Shown here: positions 22,411 to 30,189 of the stretch, in pieces
Layout of the letters: each line of letters begins with the position of its first letter
Position numbering within the stretch: position 1 is the stretch's first letter
Source of the DNA: an uncultured Verrucomicrobiae bacterium
GTDB taxonomy: Bacteria; Verrucomicrobiota; Verrucomicrobiia; Limisphaerales; Palsa-1400
DNA length: 64,000 nucleotides
Assembly (NCBI GenBank): GCA_963764165.1
Contig: CAVXRD010000001.1
Location: 224,001-288,000, forward strand
Direction of reading: 5' to 3'
Translations under genes and position numbers: made by a program
The notes under the pieces: generated by a model
What the model was told of the DNA's origin: nothing
The model's database searches: none
What the model saw: only the letters and a program-made list of their open reading frames with translations

Positions 22411-23583
22411 ATGAGCAAAACACTGCGTGTCGGACTGATCGGCTACAAGTTCATGGGCAAGGCGCATTCGAATGCGTGGCGGCAGGTCAATCATTTTTTC
22501 CCGGAATTGCCCGCCAAAGTGGAATTGACGGCCATTTGCGGGCGCGATGCCGAGGCAGTTGAAAGTGCCCGCGCCACCTTCGGCTGGGCCCGCGCGGAAA
22601 CGGATTGGCGCAAGGTCGCCAGTGCGCCAGATATTGATATTGTTGACATCAGCACGGGCAACGACACCCATTGCGAGATGGCGCTGGCGGCGTTCAAGGC
22701 GGGCAAAGCCGTCATTTGCGAGAAGCCGCTGGCGCGCGATTTGGCCGAGGCGCGGCAGATGCTCGGGGCGGCGCGGAAATCCGGCTTGGTTCACATGGTC
22801 TGCCACAATTACCGGCGCATTCCCGCCCTGGCGCTGGCGCGGCAAATGATCGAGGCGGGCGAACTCGGCGAAAACCTCCGCCATTTTCACGCCCGCTACG
22901 CGCAGGATTGGCTGGTGAATCCGGAATTTCCCCTGACTTGGCGGTTGCAAAAAAATCTCGCGGGTTCGGGCGCTCATGGCGACATCATGGCGCACATTAT
23001 CGACCTCGGGCGTTATCTGGTCGGCGAAGTTTCGGAGGTGTGCGGAATGATGGAGACTTTCATCAAAGAACGTCCCCTGCTCGCCCCGGGGTCTGGCGCG
23101 CCCAAGGCAAATTCCACGGGCAAGAAAGGCAAAGTCACGGTCGATGACGCGGTAAGCTGGATTGGCCGCTTCGAGCGTGGGACGATGGCGACGCTGGAGG
23201 CAACGCGTTTTGCTTACGGGCGCAAAAACCATATCGCGATCGAGATCAACGGGGAAAAAGGCAGCCTCTATTTTGATCTCGAGGACATGAATCGGCTGAA
23301 ATTTTACAATGGCAACGCCGCCGCGGGCCGCAAGGGCTTCACGGATATCATCGTGACGGACCGCGAGACGCACCCGTTCATGAGCCATTGGTGGCCGCCC
23401 GGGCACATCATTGGCTACGAACACACGTTTGTGAACACGTTCGCGGACTTCATCGAGGCAGTCGTGTCAAATAAACCGACACATCCCAATTTTCTGGACG
23501 GCGCGCGCTGCATGGCGGTCATGGAAGCCGTCGCCGAATCAGCCGCCGGCCGCAAGTGGGTCAAAGTCCCGGCGGTGAAATAA
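22411..23583 (+). CDS. Gfo/Idh/MocA family oxidoreductase
   Basis: VGLIGYKFMGKAH, CEKPLA, GAHGDIMAH. Confidence 0.92.
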   Translation: MSKTLRVGLIGYKFMGKAHSNAWRQVNHFFPELPAKVELTAICGRDAEAVESARATFGWARAETDWRKVASAPDIDIVDISTGNDTHCEMALAAFKAGKAVICEKPLARDLAEARQMLGAARKSGLVHMVCHNYRRIPALALARQMIEAGELGENLRHFHARYAQDWLVNPEFPLTWRLQKNLAGSGAHGDIMAHIIDLGRYLVGEVSEVCGMMETFIKERPLLAPGSGAPKANSTGKKGKVTVDDAVSWIGRFERGTMATLEATRFAYGRKNHIAIEINGEKGSLYFDLEDMNRLKFYNGNAAAGRKGFTDIIVTDRETHPFMSHWWPPGHIIGYEHTFVNTFADFIEAVVSNKPTHPNFLDGARCMAVMEAVAESAAGRKWVKVPAVK

Positions 23584-23715
23584 GGAAGGCGATCGGTAAT
23601 CTGGAACGACTGAACTCAGGAACGGAGGTCTGGGAAGGGAAGTGGAGCCTTGTCTATTGTTCCGCCCTGCTGGCTTGCCGAGCCGCAGCTCGGAGCGGCA
23701 GCGGAGAGCGAAGGC

Positions 23716-23791
<76 letters not shown>

Positions 23792-23886
23792 AGCCAAAAA
23801 GGATGGCCAATTTACGCACCCCGCACGCTTTGCGCAAGACAAATGAAACGATTTCTTCGGGCAAATCCCTCCGCCTCCCCCACCCT

Positions 23887-26073
23887 TCACTTTTTCTTCG
23901 GCAGCGCGAAGGCGACGAAGGCATCGCCGCGCGGCGTGCCGAGGTGCAATACTCCAGTCGCTGGGATTACGAGATACTGGCGACCGTGGATTTCATACGT
24001 CGCGGGCGGGGCACTGCCGGCGAAGGGAAGGGTCGCGGACCACAATTCCTTGCCGTCCGTTTTATCGAAGGCTCGGATTTTGTTGTCGCGTGTGCCGGAG
24101 CAGAAGACCAAGCCGCCGGCAGTCACAATGGCGCCGCCATAATTCTCCGTACCTGTCAACGGAATTCCCCTGGCGGTCAATTCGGGATACTCGCCGAGCG
24201 GAACTTTCCATTCCAATTTCCCCGTGTTGAGGTCGATGCAATTGAGCGTGCCCCACGGCGGCTTGTTGGCTGGGTAACCCTCCTGGTCGTAGAATCGCGG
24301 ATAACCGGCGAAACTGTATATGGGCCGCTCCGTCTTCGGAGTCTCGGCGGGAGTCGAACGGTCGCGCAACATAAGATAATCGAGCAGCGCCTTCAACTCC
24401 GTTTCTGTGATCGCGGCATTGGCGGGCATCGCATTCTTCCCGCCACGAACCTGTTTCACGATGGCGTCATCGTTCATGCGATGGCGCAATCCGCGCAGCG
24501 GCGGTGAAATGCCAACGCCCATGCGTTCGCCGCCGTGGCATTGCATGCAGTTTTTTTCGTAGACCATCCTGCCGGATGTCTTGGGTCCCGTCGTATCCTC
24601 CGGCGGATCGTCGTCGCGGAACATGGTGATAGCCCAGCCGATGTGATTCGCTGTCACATAAAGGCGGCCTGTGTCGTAATCAATGCAGGCGCCGGTCCAT
24701 TCCGCGCCGCCGTCTACGTTGAACAGCAGCGTCGGAATGCCGTCGGAGCAAGGGCGAAAACGGCCCGTCCGCATTCCCTTGAACCGGCTCCGCGCGAAAT
24801 CCGCCGCGTCCTCCGTGCGATCGGTCAAATCAGCCTGCGTGAATTCCAGTTTCGCAAACGGCTCGGGCAATTCCACATCCGGCTGATAGGGCCACGTGAC
24901 TTCACCGGGAACATCGCTCGTCGGGACGCGGCTGAGGCGGAACGGATAAATCGGCTTTCCGGTCACGCGATCCAGCAAAAGCGTGTTCCCCATTTTGCTG
25001 ACCGCCGTGACGACGTCGATTTTTTTGCCGTTGCGCGTGATGGTGGTGAGATTCGGCGGCGCGGAAATATCGAGATCCCAAATATCGTGCCGAATTTCTT
25101 GAAAATGCCAAAGCCGTTTGCCGGAAGTGGCGTCAATCGCAATCACGCAATTGGCGAACAAATTCAATCCCCGGTGCCGCATGCCGATGTAATTTGGCTT
25201 TGGCCCCGCAGTCGTGATGTAGGCGATGCCGCGGCTGTCATCAAGCGCCATGCCGGCCCACGCGTTGGCCGCGTAATCCTCCGTTTTGTCCCAGGTGTCG
25301 TAGCCGAATTCGCCTTCGTGCGGGACGGTGTGGAACGTCCAAATCTGCGCCCCTGTCGCTGCGTCAAACGCCCACACGTCCTTCATGTAACCTGGCGCCA
25401 CGAGTATATTTTTGAAAACGACCGGCGCGACGCTGCTGGCTCCATAACCGGGACGATCAACTCCGGGCAATGTGAGCTTCCCGTGTTCGCCAAAACCTTC
25501 GATGGCTTTCCCTGTCTTGGGATTAATCGCATACATCGATGGACCCGAGGAAAAGAAAATTCGCTCCGAGACTTCTTTGGCACCCGCCCAATAGGTTAAT
25601 CCACGAAATGCAGGCCGCCCGTCGGGCTTGAACCGCCACACCTCCGCGCCGTTGACGGCATCGACTCCGACGACATCATTTCCTGGTGTCGGCGTGATCA
25701 TCAGGTCATGCACGATGATGGGGTTGCACTCGAGCGCCACTCCGGAATCGTGCGAATGGTAGGTCCAGGCCGGCGCCAGTTTTGCGACGTTCTTGCGGTT
25801 GATTTGGGTGAGGGGGGAAAAGCGCGTTCCGGCGTCGCTTCCATGCGAGCGCTCCCACGTCGCGAGACTTTTGCGCTTGGGCCAGCCGTCGGCGCGAGTC
25901 AATTCGTCCGGCGGCGCGGCGGGAATAGTCTGGTAAAGCGGAAGTTTTTCGCGGGCGGCGCGATCTTCCACAGCCCAATAATCATTCGTATTGACTTGAG
26001 CGCGGAGGGGAATCGCCGCCGCCACAAGCGCGGCCAGCCATGGGAATCTGCCAGGAAAATTCGTGGGCTTCAT
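23887..26073 (-). CDS. PQQ-dependent (glucose dehydrogenase-like) quinoprotein with inserted cytochrome c domain
   Basis: FSPLTQINRKNV, WHFQEIRHDIWDLD, PPWGTLNCIDLNTGK, heme motif CMQCH. Confidence 0.88.
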   Translation of the reverse strand: MKPTNFPGRFPWLAALVAAAIPLRAQVNTNDYWAVEDRAAREKLPLYQTIPAAPPDELTRADGWPKRKSLATWERSHGSDAGTRFSPLTQINRKNVAKLAPAWTYHSHDSGVALECNPIIVHDLMITPTPGNDVVGVDAVNGAEVWRFKPDGRPAFRGLTYWAGAKEVSERIFFSSGPSMYAINPKTGKAIEGFGEHGKLTLPGVDRPGYGASSVAPVVFKNILVAPGYMKDVWAFDAATGAQIWTFHTVPHEGEFGYDTWDKTEDYAANAWAGMALDDSRGIAYITTAGPKPNYIGMRHRGLNLFANCVIAIDATSGKRLWHFQEIRHDIWDLDISAPPNLTTITRNGKKIDVVTAVSKMGNTLLLDRVTGKPIYPFRLSRVPTSDVPGEVTWPYQPDVELPEPFAKLEFTQADLTDRTEDAADFARSRFKGMRTGRFRPCSDGIPTLLFNVDGGAEWTGACIDYDTGRLYVTANHIGWAITMFRDDDPPEDTTGPKTSGRMVYEKNCMQCHGGERMGVGISPPLRGLRHRMNDDAIVKQVRGGKNAMPANAAITETELKALLDYLMLRDRSTPAETPKTERPIYSFAGYPRFYDQEGYPANKPPWGTLNCIDLNTGKLEWKVPLGEYPELTARGIPLTGTENYGGAIVTAGGLVFCSGTRDNKIRAFDKTDGKELWSATLPFAGSAPPATYEIHGRQYLVIPATGVLHLGTPRGDAFVAFALPKKK

Positions 26074-26145
26074 TCGACGCAAAACATTGCCGCCCGCACG
26101 CGGAAAAGCGAGCCTCTTCTAACAGCAGCTACGGAACGGAAAACG

Positions 26146-26278
26146 GCCACAGATGGACACAGATCAACACAGATTTCTGACAAGACATTTGTTTGACAAG
26201 CTGAGTTCCATTCCTGCGTTATTGGCCCATCTCCCGCCGTAATCGCCCATGAAGTCTTATCTGCTTTAATCTGCGGCT
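26146..26278. repeat. Imperfect inverted repeat with CACAGAT tandem units
   Basis: CACAGAT x3 at 10-bp period, partner ATCTGC...ATCTGCGGC. Confidence 0.55.
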
Positions 26279-26308
26279 AATTCAATGGGGTGAATGGAGC
26301 CTCAACCC

Positions 26309-26334
26309 GGACGCCTCGGCGAGGCGTCCCTACC
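26309..26334. repeat. GTAG-family REP
   Basis: GGACGCCTCGGCGAGGCGTCCCTACC; related copies at 37877-38046 (interrupted), 40016-40117 and 46455-46532. Confidence 0.85.
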
Positions 26335-26342
26335 TTGGGACA

Positions 26343-27854
26343 TCAGTAAACTTTGCGCAGGTTCGAGGGAAGAATGTTCAACTCGTCGCGGTACTTGGCG
26401 ACGGTGCGGCGGGCGATGACGATTCCTTTTTCCTTGAGCATCTTGACTATTTCCTGGTCGGAAAGAGGTTTGCTCGAATTCTCGTTTTTGAACATGTCCG
26501 CCACCATGTCTTTGACACTTGTGTTGGAAATGCCGCCGCCGCTGTCGGTCTGAATGCCGGAGGTGAAAAAGTATTTCATCTCAAAAACCCCCTGCGGGGT
26601 TTGGATGTATTTGTTGGAGACGGCGCGGCTGACAGTTGTCTCATGCACGCCGACCACTTCCGCCACTTGCACCATCGTCATCGGCCGCAGAAAGGCGACG
26701 CCCTTGTCCATGAACTCGCGCTGCCGTTTCACAATCTCGTTGCCGATGTTCAGGATCGTTTGCTGGCGCTGCTGCAAGCTCTTGATCAAAAATTTTCCCG
26801 CCCGAATTTTGTCGCGGATATAATCGCGCACTTCGGCGTTGCTGCCGGATTGCGACATCATGTCCTTGTAGGCGTTGCTGATGCGCAGATGGGGGATTTG
26901 CTCGTTGTTGGTCGTGACGATGTAATCATCGCCCACCTTCTGCACAAAGACTTCCGGCGAAATATAGCGGTCGTTGTCCGGCAGAAATTCGCGGCCGGGG
27001 CGCGGCTCCAAATGCTTGATGCGCTGAAGCGCGGATTGCGCCTGTTCCACTGATATTCCAAGTCCTCGGGCAATCTCGGGCAATTTCCGCTTGAGCAACG
27101 CGTCCATGCAATCGCGAATGATCCGGTACTCGATGGATTTCTCGCGGCCCGCGCGCTGCAATTGGAGAAGCAAGCATTCCTGCAAATCACGCGCCGCCAC
27201 GCCGGGCGGATGAAATTCCTGGATGACCTTAAGCACGTCAACAATCTTTTCCGAGGCGATGTTGGTCGTGTAGGCCAATTCGTCGATGCTGGCCTTGAGA
27301 TAGCCGCGCTCGTCAATGTTGCCGATGATCATTTCGGCAATGGGCCTTTGGTCATCCCGCAAATCGGAGAAACGCATCTGCTCCAGAAGGCTTTCCTGAA
27401 GCGAAGTGCCCGCCACCAGCGAATCAAACATGAATTGTCGGCGCTCCTCCGCTTCCTGTCCATGGCGCGAGGGCAAATTTGTTTGGGCCAGGTGATCCTT
27501 CCATTCCTCGAACTGGACGAGCTTGTCGAACTCGGCCTGAAAATCGTCAACCGGCGCGTTGGTCGGCTTTTCGGTCGCTGGGTCAAATTTCACATCGGCG
27601 GGCGGCTCGGCCAAATCGGCGGCGAACGCCTCGCCATCGCTCTCGCCATCGGTCTTGACCCGTTCGCTCTGCTCGACTTCCGCCGCCGGAACTTCCTCCA
27701 AAATGGGATTCTGAATCAACTCCTGTTCGACGAGGGCTTTCAGTTCAAGGGTAGGCGCTTGCAACAGCGCTAGCGACTGCTGTAATTGCGGCGCCAGAAC
27801 CTGCGACAGCGACATCCTTTGCGATAAATGCAAGCCCTGTGACATCAAGGCCAT
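26343..27854 (-). CDS. rpoN: RNA polymerase sigma-54 factor
   Basis: LAPQLQQSLALLQ, VHETTVSRAVSNKY, RpoN box ARRTVAKYR. Start at 27854 or 27845. Confidence 0.97.
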   Translation of the reverse strand: MALMSQGLHLSQRMSLSQVLAPQLQQSLALLQAPTLELKALVEQELIQNPILEEVPAAEVEQSERVKTDGESDGEAFAADLAEPPADVKFDPATEKPTNAPVDDFQAEFDKLVQFEEWKDHLAQTNLPSRHGQEAEERRQFMFDSLVAGTSLQESLLEQMRFSDLRDDQRPIAEMIIGNIDERGYLKASIDELAYTTNIASEKIVDVLKVIQEFHPPGVAARDLQECLLLQLQRAGREKSIEYRIIRDCMDALLKRKLPEIARGLGISVEQAQSALQRIKHLEPRPGREFLPDNDRYISPEVFVQKVGDDYIVTTNNEQIPHLRISNAYKDMMSQSGSNAEVRDYIRDKIRAGKFLIKSLQQRQQTILNIGNEIVKRQREFMDKGVAFLRPMTMVQVAEVVGVHETTVSRAVSNKYIQTPQGVFEMKYFFTSGIQTDSGGGISNTSVKDMVADMFKNENSSKPLSDQEIVKMLKEKGIVIARRTVAKYRDELNILPSNLRKVY

Positions 27855-27981
27855 ATTACCCTTTTTTCGCGCAGGCTCAAGCACAGATGTCGTTTTTCCC
27901 CAAAAAGGACGGCGGACAAAAATTCTTCGCCGGCCGGAAGGGCGAAGACTGTCTTTGCGTTTGGCATTGCTTAGCCGGGAC

Positions 27982-28193
27982 GACGCAGTCGGATTTGGGA
28001 GCGCTATCGTCCCGGTCGCTCTGGCCGGCCCACGCGAAAGCGTCTTCCCAATAATTTGTTCAGATCTCTCGCCGGACAGTTCAGCAGATCTTTTGCGGTC
28101 ACCGTTTGGTGAAATGCCTTTGCGCGAAGAGTTTTCGGCGGGACGCCGAAAACAGCGGTCGATACGACCGCGCTCCCCAAATCCAACTGCATC
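27982..28193. repeat. REPIN/MITE-like inverted repeat, second family
   Basis: GACGCAGTCGGATTTGGGAGCG...CGCTCCCCAAATCCAACTGCATC; shares GTCCCGGTCGCTCTGGCCGGC with 41896-42057. Confidence 0.7.
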
Positions 28194-28343
28194 GTTCCGG
28201 CTTACGCATGCTGCCTTGAACTCACCCGCGCTTCCAAATACCTGAGTGAAGCATTGAAATACATATAGTCTCCGAAAATCGGTAACATCGGCTGCATCGT
28301 TGATTCCCGGAGAGGTTAGATTGGTTCGATTTCGACGAATATG

Positions 28344-28707
28344 ATATAATCTCCAAAAAGGGGCAACATCCGCTACACTGTTGATTATAAGACATTTAAG
28401 GGGCAACACTTGCCGCTACAGAGCCGCTACAGACCCGCTACATTTCTTCCGAGATGGCAAAGCGCAAATAGTGAGGACACGCGCCTTGTGGCGAAAACCA
28501 AGGGTGCAATAGGGTGCAATAGCGAGCAATGCCCCAATCACGATTTATTTAGTCGCCCTTCCCGCCCGCTCGTTAAAAAACAACCGCTCCCTGGCGTCGG
28601 AATCCGCAAACTGTCAAAGAACACGCCCTGACGGCGGCAGGTGGGAACATAAGGCCGAAAAGTCCCCTTTGTCAATTAAGACAGGAATTGCACGCTTCTG
28701 TGGTATT
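28344..28707 (-). other. Dispersed non-coding element, copy A (promoter + boxA + phased repeats + IHF-like site)
   Basis: Block-wise homology to 58962-59405, including an identical 34-mer ATATAATCTCCAAAAAGGGGCAACATCCGCTACA. Confidence 0.85.
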
Positions 28708-28808
28708 CACTTCGGGATCTGCGGGCGGGCTTTCAGGGCAAGCATCGCGTTCCACCGAAAAGGGCGAGGAACGGGGCGGCTGGACACATTTGAGCAAAAT
28801 GTGTTTAC

Positions 28809-30074
28809 TTGAATCCCATGGCTTGGGTTAAGCGAAAAGGAAGTCATGTTTCTGCCGTTGCGTTTTTGGTTTTGGGACTGTCAAGCGCGCTGCTCATCCA
28901 AGCCGTTCGCACGCCGGCAAGCCGCAGGCAGGTTCTCGCCGATGGCTCGGTGCTGACATTGAATCAGGTCAAGGTTGGCTCAAATGTTTCCTTCGCGCAT
29001 GGAAAACCGATCGAAAAGCTTCTCGGCAATATCATCCCCTCAAATGGCGTTCATGTGCTCAATTTGGACTTGAAACGCCCAACGCGCGAAGCGTTTGGCT
29101 ATTCGGAAAAGAGTTGGTTGGTCGCTGAATTTAATCTTGCCGGACCGAACGCCACAAATCATCCATTGATGAAACCGCTGTTCTTTCGGCAATTTCGAGT
29201 GGTCATTTAGAACGGATTCGAGTTTGCGCAGGAATGGCGGAGCGACAAATTCGGGCCTTACAGAGACGGCGACTTTGGCTATATTCTCACCTCACGATTT
29301 CCTCGCGACTCCCGGTGGCTTGGACTTCGGGTGGAAAAACGCCAAAGCAATGATAAAGGCGGCCCCTGGGAAGTCATTGCCAACCTGAAAATCACCAATC
29401 CGGTCCAGCCCGTCATTCAACCCTGGGTGGCCGATCCGCGAGCGACGATCATATCCATTTGCAGTCTGGATTTGTCGTTGGGCAACGCCGTTGTAAGCAC
29501 GTTTCCCTATAAATCGAATGACATCTGGAACCATCACGTTGATTTGCAAACCGAGGTCAAATCGAGTGGAATCTTGCTCACCAACTGGGAGGCGAGATTC
29601 ACGCAAGCCGAAGATGCCAGTGGCAATTGGGACCGTTTTGCCAGTCATCGAAGCCTCGATCCACACTACGTCTGGAAACTGGAATCGGATTTTGAGATGC
29701 AGTCCGACTTTCCACCGGGAAGCGTCGCGACCGTTTCATTGCCGGCATCAGGCAACACAGCCGTCACGACAAATCTGATGAACCTGCCGATAACCGTTTC
29801 CTGGGACGGAAATTGGATCAATGCCAGCATGCCAACCAACCATCCGGAATTGGCGTTGCGGTGTGTCGCCATCACCAACGACAGCGGCGAAACGGCGAGG
29901 GATGGAAGCGCCAGTTGGAGTCAATATCATTTTCGCAAAGGTGATTTCATGGTCCAAAGAAGCAACGTGCTCTTTACGGGTTTCAAACCCACGAAGGTCG
30001 TCGTTGCGGTGGTTTCAAATTTTCATGCTTCATTCTACACGCAGCCAAAGATTGAGGCCCACCAGAGTGAGTGA
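28809..30074 (+). pseudogene. Membrane-anchored hypothetical protein interrupted by one in-frame TAG (29208-29210)
   Basis: ORFs 28809-29210 and 29331-30074 are in the same frame and the intervening codons are open (*NGFEFAQEWRSDKFG...). Confidence 0.65.
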
Positions 30075-30189
30075 TGGTTTTTAGCGGGCGGATTGCGAAC
30101 TTCCGGACAGACATTTTGTGCCAAAAAAACAGAACCAGAGAACACGGAAAAATCAGAATACGCTGGATATTCCGCCCTAGGATATATAA

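Noticed and set aside
27855..28409. 185-aa N-terminal extension of RpoN
   Set aside because: It runs through a REPIN and the non-coding element; sigma-54 region I begins at MALMSQG.
28344..28530. CRISPR array suggested by the boxA motif and repeats
   Set aside because: Repeats are 6-10 bp with 0-6 bp spacers, and no cas genes are present.
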